From: an uncultured Gemmatimonadaceae bacterium
GTDB taxonomy: Bacteria > Gemmatimonadota > Gemmatimonadetes > Gemmatimonadales > Gemmatimonadaceae
Assembly: GCA_963740355.1 (NCBI GenBank)
Contig: CAVUDW010000003.1
Span: 1,504,001 to 1,568,000, forward strand
Reading direction: 5' to 3'
DNA length: 64,000 nucleotides
The notes beneath the pieces were generated by a model. That model had not been told where the DNA came from. It ran no database searches and saw nothing but the letters and a program-made list of their open reading frames with translations. A program made the translations under genes and the position numbers. Below are positions 9,316 through 22,395 of the stretch, piece after piece (the first letter of the stretch is position 1; the number at the start of each line of letters is the position of its first letter).

Positions 9316-10398
9316 TCAGCGTGCGGCCGAGATCGCTCGCGCTGCCGTGACAGCGAAGTACGTGAGGATGATATCGGCACCCGCACGGCGAATGGCCAGC
9401 AGGCTCTCCAGCATCGCCCGCTCGAGGTCCAGCCATCCACGTTCCGCCGCGGCGTGCAACATCGCGTACTCCCCGCTCACCTGATACGCGGCAACGGGCA
9501 TCCCGGTCACGTCCTTGACCCGCCGGATGATGTCGAGATACGCACCCGCTGGCTTCACCATCACGATGTCGGCCCCCTCAGCGATGTCCTGCGCCACCTC
9601 ACGCATCGCCTCGTCGGTGTTGGCCGGGTCCATCTGGTACGCGCGACGATCACCAAAAGCGGGGGTGCTTTCGGCGGCCTCGCGGAACGGGCCGTAGAAC
9701 GCACTGGAATACTTCGCCGCGTACGACATGATCGGGATGTGCGAAAAACCATTGGCATCCAGCGCTGCCCGAATCGCGCCCACGCGGCCATCCATCATGT
9801 CGCTGGGGGCGATCATGTCCGCACCCGCTTCGGCATGCATGACCGCTTCGCGAGCGAGCAGCTCGAGGGTCGCATCATTCTCCACCGATTCACCGTGCAA
9901 CACACCGCAGTGTCCATGATCGGTGTATTCGCACATGCAGACGTCAGTGATCACGAGCAGGCCCGGCACGGCGGCCTTGATCGCCCGCACCGCTTCAGCC
10001 ACCGGCCCATGGGGATCGTAGGCGCCTGACCCAACGGCGTCCTTTTCAGCCGGAATCCCGAACAGAATCACCCCTCCGACCCCAGCCGCCGCGGCCGCTG
10101 CCGCATCCTTCACGCACTCATCCACCGACGTCTGCGCACAGCCAGGCATCGATGAGATGGCATGCCGAATCCCGGTCCCTGGACGCACGAACAACGGCAG
10201 GATGAATTGCGCAGGATGCAAGTGCGTCTCGCGCACCAGCGCCCGCATGCTCGGCGACTGCCGGAGCCGCCGCAACCGCACAGTCGGAAACCCGCCCGCC
10301 ACGCCGGCCGACATCGTCGAGGCAGCCACTTTCGTCGTCTTCGCCGGCGCGGTGCCCTCAGCGCTCGCGAACAACAGATCAGAAAATATCGTGTCCAT
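9316..10398 (-). CDS. hemB: Porphobilinogen synthase
   Basis: DVCMCEYTDHGHCG zinc site, APSDMMDGR, FYGPFRE, MVKP, AYQVSGEY; start uncertain. Confidence 0.97.
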   Translation of the reverse strand: MDTIFSDLLFASAEGTAPAKTTKVAASTMSAGVAGGFPTVRLRRLRQSPSMRALVRETHLHPAQFILPLFVRPGTGIRHAISSMPGCAQTSVDECVKDAAAAAAAGVGGVILFGIPAEKDAVGSGAYDPHGPVAEAVRAIKAAVPGLLVITDVCMCEYTDHGHCGVLHGESVENDATLELLAREAVMHAEAGADMIAPSDMMDGRVGAIRAALDANGFSHIPIMSYAAKYSSAFYGPFREAAESTPAFGDRRAYQMDPANTDEAMREVAQDIAEGADIVMVKPAGAYLDIIRRVKDVTGMPVAAYQVSGEYAMLHAAAERGWLDLERAMLESLLAIRRAGADIILTYFAVTAARAISAAR

Positions 10399-10583
10399 AC
10401 CGCTGACATTACCCTCGTTTCAGTAACCGGCTAGCCGCGTCGAATCGCGCCCTCTCGGTCCTACACTACCGATCTGTCGTTAACGGCCTTGACGCAAAAC
10501 AGCCTGGGGGTACTGCGACAGCCGCAAAACTGCCACAGCTGCAAAACTGCAACTGCGTTAACGCAGAGTAGCTGTGTTGAAAG

Positions 10584-12640
<2,057 letters not shown>

Positions 12641-13375
12641 ATGTCGATCTTGTAGTGTTTGTTCGCCTGGGTGATCAGCTCGTCGAACACCTGCAGCTTG
12701 AGATGCGCCTCGGCCAGGGCCTTCTCCAACGCCGCAATCCGATCCTGCTCGCTCTTCATGACCACCTCCACGATGTCGCGTTTCGGCTGGAACCGGCCGT
12801 ACTCCCGCAGCCAGGTCTGCACCATGGCCACGGTGGTCTGCGCATCCCGCGCGGCTTCGCGCATCGACAGATGCCCGCCCTCAATCTCCTCGACGAGCCG
12901 CTGCTTCAAGTCCGGACTGTACTGGTGAAACGATCGGGCCATGGGTCTACGTCTCCAACGGCGGGGGACGTGTAGACGCTAATCAGGACGTGACAGAGAA
13001 CTGCCGATCGTCGTTCGCGTCCTTCACTCCCATCGCGCATTCCATCACCAGACTTTTGGGGAACTGCCCTCGCAGTTGCCGTTCCCAAATTCTTTCAAGA
13101 TCCCCCCGCGCGCACCCAGAGAGCGCCCCCATCGCCGTCCATCTGCGTCCCTCTGCGTCTCTGCGTTTTGCTGTGCCGCTGTTCCGCTCTTCACCCCCAA
13201 CGCCCCCGCAATTCGCTGTTCCGCCCTTCGCCCTTTTGCGGCCGTTCAGTCTCTTGCGGTTCGTCCGTTTAGCGGCGCGCGAAGCGCGCTTGCGATAAGC
13301 AGTTGCATTTGCGGTTGCAGTTCCGCGACAGTTCAGTTCTGCGGCTGTTCCGTTCTGCGTTAAAGCAGTTGCAGT

Positions 13376-14374
13376 TCAGCCCTGCTCTCGCGCCGCAGCC
13401 GTCGTCGCGCGTGCGTCCGCGAGGATCTCCGCCGCACCAGCGTTCCGCAGTTCTGATGCAAGCGCGTGTGCACTGGCCGTGATGTCGTCACCGACGAACG
13501 TGCTCGCGCGCAGCATCGGTGTGCCGTCGAGGCCTGCCACCAAACCATGGAGCGTGCGACGGCCACCGTCGGACTCTGTCATCAGCGCGCCGATCGGCAC
13601 CTGGCAGCCACCGTCGAGCGCGGCGAGGAAGGCACGTTCACAGTTCGTCGCATCCATCGTCGGTTGATGATTGAGCTTCGCGACGATCGCGCTCACCTCG
13701 GCGTCGTCGCGACGCACCTGAATTGCAATCGCGCCCTGCCCTGCAGCCGAGAGCCATTCCGGTGCGCTGAGGAAGCTGCGGATGCGCGACGACAGGCCGA
13801 GGCGATTGAGACCAGCCGCCGCAAGGATCGCGGCGTGACAGAGCCCCTTGTCGAGCTTCGAGAGTCGCGTCCCGACATTGCCGCGCAGATCGACCACCGT
13901 GCAATCCGGTCGCAGTGCCTTCAACTGCGCACGTCGGCGCAGGCTCGACGTGCCGATGATCGCGCCGCGCGGCAGTTCGTGCAGCAAGGCGCCCGGCACG
14001 TCATCACGCACCACCAGTGCATCGCGCGAATCCTCGCGGGGCAACTGTGCCAGCACCGTCAGCCCCTCTGGCTCGTCCGTCGGCAGGTCCTTCAATGAGT
14101 GTACGCAGAGGTCTGTCACGCCTTCACGCAGGTCGCGCTCCAGCTCCTCCGTGAAGAGCCCCTTGCTGCCAATCGCGGTCAGCGCGACATCGAGCCGGCG
14201 ATCACCGACGGTGGTGTACGTGACCAACTCACTCGTCACCCCGATGGCCGTCAGGTGCGCCTGCACCGTGTGCGCCTGCGCCAAGGCGAGGGCAGACGAC
14301 CGGGTACCGATCTTCAGGTGTCGCGGGCCTGACGGTGTGGCGGCGTGCGTGGCTGCTGGCGTCTCTGTGGTCAT
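13376..14374 (-). CDS. hemC: Hydroxymethylbilane synthase
   Basis: IGTRSSALA, KGLFTEELE, VHSLKDLP, GTSSLRR, RGNV, GGCQVPIG. Confidence 0.97.
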   Translation of the reverse strand: MTTETPAATHAATPSGPRHLKIGTRSSALALAQAHTVQAHLTAIGVTSELVTYTTVGDRRLDVALTAIGSKGLFTEELERDLREGVTDLCVHSLKDLPTDEPEGLTVLAQLPREDSRDALVVRDDVPGALLHELPRGAIIGTSSLRRRAQLKALRPDCTVVDLRGNVGTRLSKLDKGLCHAAILAAAGLNRLGLSSRIRSFLSAPEWLSAAGQGAIAIQVRRDDAEVSAIVAKLNHQPTMDATNCERAFLAALDGGCQVPIGALMTESDGGRRTLHGLVAGLDGTPMLRASTFVGDDITASAHALASELRNAGAAEILADARATTAAAREQG

Positions 14375-15195
14375 GAATTCGTTGTCGGGTTTCTGTGTCT
14401 GTCGCGTCGGGACTGCACGGCACGCACCACGGCCGCCACCAGCCCTTCGATGGTGGATGGCATCGCTTCCGCCACCACCCGCATTCCAGCGGCATGCGCC
14501 GCCTGTGTCGTGATCGGACCGATCGAGACCACATCGGCCATGGTGTGCATCGGCGCCATCGCAGCCACCCACGCATCGACTGCACTCTTCGCGGCCAGCG
14601 TCACCACGTCGACCGCGCCCTGCTGCAAAGCAGCGCGCACCTCCACCACATCCTCGTCGGCCGCCACGCTGTCGTAGGCTTCGATGCGATCCACCGTCAC
14701 ACCAAGCTCGCGCAATCCGGCGCACAGTTCCGTGCGTGCACCAGCGGCGGCGGGATACAACATCGTCATGCCACTGACATCCCCGCGCAGTGCAAACGCC
14801 TCCAGCAGCCCCTCGGCCACGAATCGCTCCGGCACGAGAGTTGGCTCGACACCACGAGCGCGAATGGCACTGGCCGTCGCACTGCCGACCGCCGCGATCC
14901 GTGTATGGGCCCAGTGCTCCGACGCGATGCCGCACTTCTCGGTCGCGTCGAAGGTCAGCCCGACCGCGGTGGCGCTGGTGAAGATCACCCAGTCATACCG
15001 CGCGAGGGCACACGCCGCTTGCCGCAGCGCCTCGATATCGCGCGCCACGATGCGTGTAGCAGCATACGTCAGGACGCGTGCGCCAAGCTCCTCGAGCGGT
15101 GTGATCAACTGGTCGGCACGCGACGCCGCACGCGTCACGACAACCGTCGCACCGTCCAGTGGACGCGCCAACACGGCGTCACCGGGCACCATCAT
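14371..15195 (-). CDS. hemD: Uroporphyrinogen-III synthase
   Basis: VVVTRA, YDWVIFTSATAV, AAVGSATA, SIGPITT; overlaps the hemC start. Confidence 0.92.
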   Translation of the reverse strand: MMVPGDAVLARPLDGATVVVTRAASRADQLITPLEELGARVLTYAATRIVARDIEALRQAACALARYDWVIFTSATAVGLTFDATEKCGIASEHWAHTRIAAVGSATASAIRARGVEPTLVPERFVAEGLLEAFALRGDVSGMTMLYPAAAGARTELCAGLRELGVTVDRIEAYDSVAADEDVVEVRAALQQGAVDVVTLAAKSAVDAWVAAMAPMHTMADVVSIGPITTQAAHAAGMRVVAEAMPSTIEGLVAAVVRAVQSRRDRHRNPTTNS

Positions 15196-15220
15196 GCGTC
15201 GAGGCGCGCCGGCAGCCGGA

Positions 15221-15361
15221 TCACGAGCGCGACACGGTGTCGATGGCGTCACCACGTCGCGACATCGCTCGCGCGCGCACGATCAGTGACACGACGTAGC
15301 CGCCAAACACCATCGCCGCGGCGATGTAGGCCGCGAACATGTACCCTGCATTGTCGGGCAT
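15221..15361 (-). CDS. ccmD: CcmD-like small membrane protein (46 aa)
   Basis: Manual translation MPDNAGYMFAAYIAAAMVFGGYVVSLIVRARAMSRR...; TGATG overlap with the ccmC stop; one TM helix followed by basic residues. Confidence 0.7.
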   Translation of the reverse strand: MPDNAGYMFAAYIAAAMVFGGYVVSLIVRARAMSRRGDAIDTVSRS

Positions 15362-16098
15362 CAGGCCTCCCCCGCTTCGATCGATTCGACGCGATCACGC
15401 AGCGCCGCGTACTTGAGCCGCCCGCGAAGCAGCGCCACGAACAGCAGCGTGAACGCGATGAACGCGAGCGAAAGCGTCAGCCCCATTTCCGCCGAGAGCT
15501 TCGGCTTCTCCGGCGTGAGGACGATCGGCTGCGGATGCATGGTGCGGAACAGCCGCACGCTCAAGTGAATGAACGGCACCAACAACGCCGCCAGGATGCC
15601 CAGCACCGACGAATACCGTGCGCGCTGCTGCCGGTCTTCGATCGCACCACGCAACACTGTGTAGCCAAGCAGGATGAACCAGAGGAAGAGCGTGCTGGTG
15701 AGGCGCGCGTCCCAGGTCCACCAGGTGCCCCAGATCGGCTTGCCCCACAACGGTCCAGTCACCAGCACGATGCTGAGGAACACCAACGCGATCTCGGCCG
15801 AACTTTCTGCGAGGCGATCGAGTCGCTCGTCCCGCAACCAGAGATACATGGCACCACCGATCGCGACCAACGGGCAGGCCAGGTACAACCCCACCACGGC
15901 TGACGGCACATGGATGTAGAAGATCTTCTGTGCCTCGCCCTGCAGCGCCTCGGGGGGCGTGAACCAGATCGCGCGGACGAGCACCGCAGCCACCGCCACG
16001 GCGGCCAGTGCGAGCAACCAGTCGAAGACCTGCACCGAGGCCCGAACCGGGCGACCGGCGCCGGCCGCTGGCATCGGGCGGGCGAGAGAGTCAGACAT
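15361..16098 (-). CDS. ccmC: Cytochrome c biogenesis heme-handling protein CcmC
   Basis: IFYIHVP, WGKPIWGTWWTWDARLT (WWD domain), RTMHP. Confidence 0.95.
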   Translation of the reverse strand: MSDSLARPMPAAGAGRPVRASVQVFDWLLALAAVAVAAVLVRAIWFTPPEALQGEAQKIFYIHVPSAVVGLYLACPLVAIGGAMYLWLRDERLDRLAESSAEIALVFLSIVLVTGPLWGKPIWGTWWTWDARLTSTLFLWFILLGYTVLRGAIEDRQQRARYSSVLGILAALLVPFIHLSVRLFRTMHPQPIVLTPEKPKLSAEMGLTLSLAFIAFTLLFVALLRGRLKYAALRDRVESIEAGEA

Positions 16099-16325
16099 GA
16101 GAAACGAAGCGAAAGGACAAAGGTGAATCGGCGTGCAGCTTGAACCGCCCACACGGGCTAAAAGTTACTGCAGAGCCACCAGCAGTCGCGACTCGAGAAA
16201 CCCGGGGCTCCACCGCAACGCGAAGCGCCGAGGATCTTTGATGCCAGCCAAGGCCGAAACCGCGGCGAGACCGGGAGGTATCGCGAGGATTTCCAACGCC
16301 GGGACGGGTCAAAAGGACCGGCGCG

Positions 16326-17021
16326 TCAGTCTTCGATCGTGAATGGAAAGGCCAACACGCAGGCCACGCCGAACATCAGGTCGAACGCCACCAGCAACTG
16401 CACCCAGGGCATGACGGTGGCCAGGTCGGCGCCCACCAGCAGCTTGGCGGAGGCCTGCGCCGCCGGCACGACGACCGGGATGAAAAATGGCAGGGCCAGC
16501 ATCGGCAGCAGCAGCTCGGCAAACCGCGTGTGCACGGTCATCGAGCTGAACAACGTGCCGACCGTCACCAGTCCGAGCGCCGCCAGCAGGCCAATGCCGC
16601 CAAGAATCAGGAGGCCGCTGCCAAACTCGAGGTTGTAGAACAACACGACCGCGGGAATGGTGATCGCCAGCACCGAGGAGACGTACACCAGATTCGCGAG
16701 CGCCTTGCCGAGGAAGATTGCCTCGCGCGGGATCGGGGCGAGCAACAGCCCGTCCATCGCCCGGGTCTGGAGTTCGAGCCCGAAGGCCCGGTGCAGCCCG
16801 AGCATGCCGGCGAAGGCGAAGATCGTCCAGAGCACCCCTGGCGCGACATCGATCGGGCGCACGGCGGTGGGGTCCCACACCATATAAAAGATGCTGACAC
16901 CCAGCAGCGAGAAGACGAGCGAGGCGAAAAACGCGCTCCGGGTGCGGTATTCGATCGCCAGATCCTTGCGCGCGATCATCCACGCGACGGCCATCAGCCC
17001 GGGCGGCCGAAGCTGGCTCAC
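16326..17021 (-). CDS. ccmB: Heme exporter permease CcmB
   Basis: IARKDLAIEYR, PGVLW, DGLLLAP, LLPMLALP; GTG overlapping the ccmA stop. Confidence 0.92.
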   Translation of the reverse strand: MSQLRPPGLMAVAWMIARKDLAIEYRTRSAFFASLVFSLLGVSIFYMVWDPTAVRPIDVAPGVLWTIFAFAGMLGLHRAFGLELQTRAMDGLLLAPIPREAIFLGKALANLVYVSSVLAITIPAVVLFYNLEFGSGLLILGGIGLLAALGLVTVGTLFSSMTVHTRFAELLLPMLALPFFIPVVVPAAQASAKLLVGADLATVMPWVQLLVAFDLMFGVACVLAFPFTIED

Positions 17022-17779
17022 GCCGCCGACTCCAATGCCATGTCCCGGTAGAGCTCGGCATACTCGGCAGGGACGATTCCGGCGGTGGGCTCCATCCGCC
17101 GGATGGTCCCGTCGAGCATGATCGCGGCATGCGTCGCCAACGACAGGCCCTCGTCCACAGAGTGCGTGACTAGCGCCAGTGCAGCGCCGCCATCCCGCAA
17201 TGATAGCAACAGTTGCGTCAGCGCACGTGCTCCTGAGACGTCCAACCCGGTGTACGGCTCGTCCAGCAAAACCAGCGCCGGCCCGTGGACGATCGCCCGA
17301 GCGATGGACACCCGCTGCTGCCACCCACGACTGAGCGCCCGCACCGGCGTCAGCTCACGCCCGCCAAGTCCAAGCCGCGCGATCGCGGCAGCCGTCGCAC
17401 CCGCCACATCCGGCACCCCATGCAGCCGCGCCGCGAACGCGATGTTCTCCGAGACCGTCAGCACATCGTACAGCATGCTCTGATGGCTGATCAGGCCAAC
17501 CTGGCCACGCTCCGCCGTCGCATCACTCTTCAGCGCCCGACCCAGCAGCCGCACATCGCCACTCGTCGGGCGTAGCAGGCCGGCCAGCAATCGCAGCAAC
17601 GTCGTCTTGCCCGCGCCATTGGGACCGAACAGCGCCAGGCACTCACCAGCGTGAATCGCGAGGTCGACGCCCGCCACCGCGCGCCGGCGACCGAATCGTC
17701 GCACCAGCGCCACCGTCTGACAGACGGGAACCCGGTGTGCTGCCGAGGTGTCGGGATTGGCCGGACTGAGCGAATGCAT
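17018..17779 (-). CDS. ccmA: Heme exporter ATP-binding protein CcmA
   Basis: GPNGAGKTT, LSRGWQQR, LLDEPYTGLD; adjacent to ccmB. Confidence 0.92.
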   Translation of the reverse strand: MHSLSPANPDTSAAHRVPVCQTVALVRRFGRRRAVAGVDLAIHAGECLALFGPNGAGKTTLLRLLAGLLRPTSGDVRLLGRALKSDATAERGQVGLISHQSMLYDVLTVSENIAFAARLHGVPDVAGATAAAIARLGLGGRELTPVRALSRGWQQRVSIARAIVHGPALVLLDEPYTGLDVSGARALTQLLLSLRDGGAALALVTHSVDEGLSLATHAAIMLDGTIRRMEPTAGIVPAEYAELYRDMALESAA

Positions 17780-17887
17780 CGCGCCAAGCTAACTCTCCTC
17801 GCCACACTCAGCCGCAGCGGTTGCCCGCTTCCGCGCGCCACTGCAAACTGACGGCTCGACTTACTGCCCCCTCACCTCGCCTGCCTC

Positions 17888-19852
17888 ATGTCCGAGATCG
17901 ACGCGCTGCTCACCGAGAATCGCCGCTTCCCCTCACCGGCGGCCTTTCAGCGCGATGCCCACATTGCCGACGCCTCCTTCGCGCGTGACGCCGCCGCCGA
18001 TCCCGACGCCTATTGGGTGAAGATGGCGCAGGAGCTCGAGTGGATCACGCCCTTCACCAAGGGGCTCGAGTGGGACGCCCCCTTCGCCACCTGGTTCCGC
18101 GACGGCCAGCTCAACGTCTCGGCCAATTGTCTCGATCGGCACATCCGCACAGCCCGGCGCAACAAGGCGGCGATCATCTTCGAAGGGGAGCCGGGCGACC
18201 AGCGCACCCTCACCTATTGGCAGCTCTACACCGAGGTCTGCAAGTTCGGCAACGTCCTGCGCAGCCTCGGCGTGCGAAAAGGTGATCGCGTCGCGATCTA
18301 CTTGCCGATGATTCCGGAGGCCGCGATCGCGATGCTGGCCTGCGCGCGCATCGGCGCCATTCACAGCGTCGTCTTCGGCGGCTTCAGCCCCGAGTCGCTG
18401 CGTGATCGCATCAATGATTCGCAGTGTCGTGTGCTCGTGACGGCCGACGGCGGCTTCCGACGCGGTCAGGTGGTGCCACTCAAGCGCAACGCCGACGCCG
18501 CCATGCAGGATACGCCGAGCATCGAGCACTGCATCGTGGTGCAGCGGCGCGCGGGCGCGATGAGTCAGGAGACCTTCGCCGAGATGCAGGATGGCCGCGA
18601 CTCGTTCTGGCACCGGCTGATGTCGAAGGCACCGCTGACCTGCGAGCCGGCGGTGATGGACAGCGAGGATCCGCTCTTCATCCTCTACACCTCAGGCACC
18701 ACCGGCAAACCGAAGGGCATCGTGCACAGCACGGGGGGCTACCTCACCGGTGTGACTGCGACATCGAAGCAGGTGTTCGATCTCAAGGACGACGACGTGT
18801 TCTGGTGTACCGCCGATGTCGGTTGGGTGACGGGCCATTCGTACGTCGTGTACGGCCCGCTGGCGAATGGCGCTACATGCATGTTGTACGAAGGGGCACC
18901 GGATTGGCCCGACAAGAATCGCATGTGGGACATGTGCGAGCGCCACGGCATCACGATCTTCTACACCGCACCGACTGCCATTCGCGCCTTCATGAAGTGG
19001 GGCGAGAAACATCCCAATCAGCACGATCTCTCCCGCCTGCGATTGCTTGGCACTGTGGGTGAGCCGATCAATCCTGAAGCGTGGATGTGGTATCATCGCG
19101 TGATCGGCAAGGAACGTTGTCCGATCGTCGATACCTGGTGGCAGACGGAAACCGGCGCGATCGTCATTTCGCCGTTGCCCGGCGTGACCGAGACGAAGCC
19201 CGGCAGTGCGACACATGCGCTCCCTGGCTACAGCGTGGAGCTGGTCGACAAGAACGCGACACCGATTCCCGTCGGCGGCGGATTGCTCACGATCACACGT
19301 CCGTGGCCGAGCATGCTGCGCACGATCTGGGGCGACCGTCAGCGCTATGTCGACACCTATTTCAGCAAGTGGCCGGGCCGGCCCGATCTCTATTTCGCCG
19401 GCGATGGTGCGAAGCTCGACGAGGATGGGTACTGGTGGATTCTGGGCCGAGTGGATGACGTGCTGAACGTGGCGGGCCACCGAATCGGGACAATGGAAGT
19501 CGAGAGCGCGCTGGTGGGGCATCCGTCCGTCGCGGAAGCGGCGGTGGTCGGCAAGGATCATGAGTTGAAGGGCCAGGCGATCGCGGCATTCGTGACGCTG
19601 CGCGAAGGCTTTCATCCGTCGTCGTCATTGCGCGACGAGCTGCGTGACTTCGTGGGTGAGAAGATCGGTGCGATCGCGAAGCCGGACGACATTCTCTTCA
19701 GCGCCGACCTGCCCAAGACGCGGTCGGGCAAGATCATGCGTCGTCTGTTGCGGGACATCGCCGAGGGCCGCGCGCTGGGTGATACGACCACGCTTGCGGA
19801 CCCGAGCGTGGTGGCGGGCCTGAAGGAGCAGTACGAGGCGCAGGAATCGTGA
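17888..19852 (+). CDS. acs: Acetyl-CoA synthetase
   Basis: [31 protein letters not shown]. Confidence 0.97.
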   Translation: MSEIDALLTENRRFPSPAAFQRDAHIADASFARDAAADPDAYWVKMAQELEWITPFTKGLEWDAPFATWFRDGQLNVSANCLDRHIRTARRNKAAIIFEGEPGDQRTLTYWQLYTEVCKFGNVLRSLGVRKGDRVAIYLPMIPEAAIAMLACARIGAIHSVVFGGFSPESLRDRINDSQCRVLVTADGGFRRGQVVPLKRNADAAMQDTPSIEHCIVVQRRAGAMSQETFAEMQDGRDSFWHRLMSKAPLTCEPAVMDSEDPLFILYTSGTTGKPKGIVHSTGGYLTGVTATSKQVFDLKDDDVFWCTADVGWVTGHSYVVYGPLANGATCMLYEGAPDWPDKNRMWDMCERHGITIFYTAPTAIRAFMKWGEKHPNQHDLSRLRLLGTVGEPINPEAWMWYHRVIGKERCPIVDTWWQTETGAIVISPLPGVTETKPGSATHALPGYSVELVDKNATPIPVGGGLLTITRPWPSMLRTIWGDRQRYVDTYFSKWPGRPDLYFAGDGAKLDEDGYWWILGRVDDVLNVAGHRIGTMEVESALVGHPSVAEAAVVGKDHELKGQAIAAFVTLREGFHPSSSLRDELRDFVGEKIGAIAKPDDILFSADLPKTRSGKIMRRLLRDIAEGRALGDTTTLADPSVVAGLKEQYEAQES

Positions 19853-19907
19853 CGGGAACCGCGGTGGGCGCTGGCACCGGCCGCCCGCCGCGCTTACCCT
19901 TCCCTGC

Positions 19908-20282
19908 ATGAGCCTTCTCGGCCGGTTGTTCCCTGACACGTTGTTTCCCAGAAAGCTCAGCGATGCTGCCGAGCGTCGCCTGCGCCTGGCGCAGGCACGT
20001 GCAGAGGAAGCGGTGCTCGAGACGCATGTGCGCAACGCGTTGCTGTATGTCGACACACTGGCCGGCGAACTGCCCTTCGATCGTGCGATCGAGACGTACA
20101 TCCGCATGATGGGCATCCCGGAGCCACTCGCCAGCACGGTGGCCACCCGTACACTGGTGGTGCTCGGTGATGATGTGGTGCCCGAGCGTACGACACCACT
20201 CGGTGATCACATGGTGGGTGACGATGTGCTGCCGATGGTGCGTATCGCGGCGTCGAACGACGGAACGGCGCGCCGACGCTGA
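19908..20282 (+). CDS. Hypothetical protein
   Basis: 124-aa ORF downstream of acs with helical, protein-like composition. Confidence 0.65.
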   Translation: MSLLGRLFPDTLFPRKLSDAAERRLRLAQARAEEAVLETHVRNALLYVDTLAGELPFDRAIETYIRMMGIPEPLASTVATRTLVVLGDDVVPERTTPLGDHMVGDDVLPMVRIAASNDGTARRR

Positions 20283-20416
20283 GCCATCAGCGGCGATGCA
20301 CGTGACAGCGGGGCGAGCCTCTCAAGGCTCGCCCCGCTTCGTATTCACGTCCCTCGTTCCGCCGACTGCCGCGCGTCGCTGGCCGGCTACGTCGCGGTCG
20401 TCGACTTCGAGGCCAG

Positions 20417-21157
20417 CTACTTCTTGGCCGGCTCCGGCACCGCGGCCGGGATGGGCAGGTTGGCGGCGTTCGCGGCGTCGACGGCAGCCTTGATGTCATC
20501 GTAGTTCGCGGCGCCCTGCATCTTGGTGCCGTTGACGTAGAAGGTTGGCGTGCTGCCCACCTGCTTCATCAGGCCCAGCGAGTAGTTCGCCTTGATGCGA
20601 TCGAGATGGGTGCTGGCGTCCATGCAGGCGTTCCACTTCGGCATGTCGAGACCGAGCTTCTGCGCATAGGTGCTGATCACACCGCGCGGGTTGCTGGTGG
20701 CCTGTCCGTTCCACTCGATCTGCCCGTTGAAGATCGCGTCATGCATTTCCCAGAACTTGCCCTGGTCGTCGGCGCAGGCGGCCGACATCGCAGCCGGAAT
20801 CGTGTTCTGGTGCGCGTTGAGCAACGGGAAGTCATAGAACGTGTAGCGCGCCAGTCCCGTCTCGACGAGGTGCTTCCGCACGTCGGGTTCCGTGATGGTG
20901 GCGAAGCTGCCGCAGGCTGGACACTCGAAGTCGGCGAACTCCATGATCTCGACCGGCGCGGTCGGGGAACCGATGGTGTAGCCGTGCGCCTTGGCAGCGA
21001 GCACCGAATCCGCAATGCTGGGCAGCGCGATCGGCACCTCGGCAGGCTTGTTCTGCGTCTTCCACCAGATGAAGGCGCCGCCGGCGACGACGATCGCAGC
21101 GAGTGCGCCGACGAAGGCGGTGTTGTTGGACTTCTTGCGAACTGGCGCAGCACTCAC
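20417..21157 (-). CDS. DsbA/BdbD-like thiol-disulfide oxidoreductase
   Basis: N-terminal TM, EFADFECPAC, DQGKFWEMHD, GSTPTF. Confidence 0.92.
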   Translation of the reverse strand: MSAAPVRKKSNNTAFVGALAAIVVAGGAFIWWKTQNKPAEVPIALPSIADSVLAAKAHGYTIGSPTAPVEIMEFADFECPACGSFATITEPDVRKHLVETGLARYTFYDFPLLNAHQNTIPAAMSAACADDQGKFWEMHDAIFNGQIEWNGQATSNPRGVISTYAQKLGLDMPKWNACMDASTHLDRIKANYSLGLMKQVGSTPTFYVNGTKMQGAANYDDIKAAVDAANAANLPIPAAVPEPAKK

Positions 21158-21342
21158 GATGGGTCGCCCTCAGTGGTATCGGGTGCACCGAGGGGCGGTG
21201 TCCCGTGACGGATGTCGTTCGGATCGTACAAACGCTGCGCGACGGTCGTGTCGCGCGCGTCAGCCGCCTCGACAGCGGCCCCCAAGGGTAGGTGTACCAC
21301 CAGCAGTCGCGCTAGTTCATCCGTGGCATTTGATGCCGGTCA

Positions 21343-22365
21343 GTGGCAAATCGTGGCATGGCATGGCAGTCGATGTCCTTCGGCGCCGTTCAGCGGCATT
21401 CGCTCGCGTGGTACATTTCCCGAGTGCCGCGCCCGCCCGTCATCGCCACACCACCATTCTCGCCGCTCCCGTCCGTTCAACGACGGCTGCCGTCGACGCG
21501 CTCGGTGTTGCCGTACCTGCCGCCGGATGGCGATTACGTCCGCCTCCCGGTCGGCCCCGGCGCCCTGCACGCGTTGCGGTATGGCCATGGCGGACCGGCA
21601 GTGCTGCTGCTGCATGGCTTCACCACCAGCGCGCCGCTCTGGACGAGGGTGGCCCCGACGCTGCTGGCGAATGGCTGCCAGGTGATCGTGCCGGACCTGC
21701 TGGGTTTTGGTGAATCGGATCGGCCGGTAGGCGGGCCCTACACCGTTTCAGCACAGGCCCGGTACCTCGATCGGGCGCTGGCGCTGCTCCGCGTGAGCCG
21801 AGTGGTGGCGGTCGGACAGGACCTCGGCTGCGTCGTGTTGCGCCGTTTGGCATTGATTCGGCCCGAGCGGATCAGCGCGATGGTGTTCTGCTCGCCGACC
21901 CCAGGGGACAGCACGGGTGGCCCGGAAATCGACGCCGTCCGCGGGCAGACCGGTCCGGCACTGCTCGAGATCTCGAGTCGGCCGCTCGGGGTAGTAGATC
22001 TGCTGGGGCCTGTCCTGCGAGGGGCGGTAACCGAGCGGGAGAATATGCCAGACAAGCTGGTGGCGCGTTTTTCAGCGCCGTACACGGGCAGTCAGGGTGC
22101 CCGGCACCTCCTCGATCTGGCCCGCGCGGTGGGCGAGGAGGACGAAGGTGGCCCTGTGCTCGTCAGCGATATCAGGACGATGCGCGTCACTGGAGAGGAT
22201 GATCCGATGGTCGCGCCGCCGACAGCGCCGGTGATTCGCCTCCCTGGCGCCATGCGGTTACTCCCTGTGGAACGCCCGGGCCCGCTTGCGGCGCTCATCA
22301 TGGAGCGAGTGGAAGCAACACACGATTCGCCGGTCTCGCTGGAAGAACGCGGCGGACTCGACTAG
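21343..22365 (+). CDS. Alpha/beta hydrolase fold protein (true start possibly GTG 21505)
   Basis: LLHGF, PDLLGFGES, GQDLG nucleophile elbow. Confidence 0.8.
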   Translation: MANRGMAWQSMSFGAVQRHSLAWYISRVPRPPVIATPPFSPLPSVQRRLPSTRSVLPYLPPDGDYVRLPVGPGALHALRYGHGGPAVLLLHGFTTSAPLWTRVAPTLLANGCQVIVPDLLGFGESDRPVGGPYTVSAQARYLDRALALLRVSRVVAVGQDLGCVVLRRLALIRPERISAMVFCSPTPGDSTGGPEIDAVRGQTGPALLEISSRPLGVVDLLGPVLRGAVTERENMPDKLVARFSAPYTGSQGARHLLDLARAVGEEDEGGPVLVSDIRTMRVTGEDDPMVAPPTAPVIRLPGAMRLLPVERPGPLAALIMERVEATHDSPVSLEERGGLD

Positions 22366-22395
22366 TTTTCCAGCATTACAGATGCAACCAATGAG

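Noticed and set aside
14395..15903. Long alternative ORFs (this 502-aa ORF and many similar antisense or shifted ORFs)
   Set aside because: They overlap well-supported genes and have Arg/Pro/Ala-rich shadow composition typical of high-GC DNA
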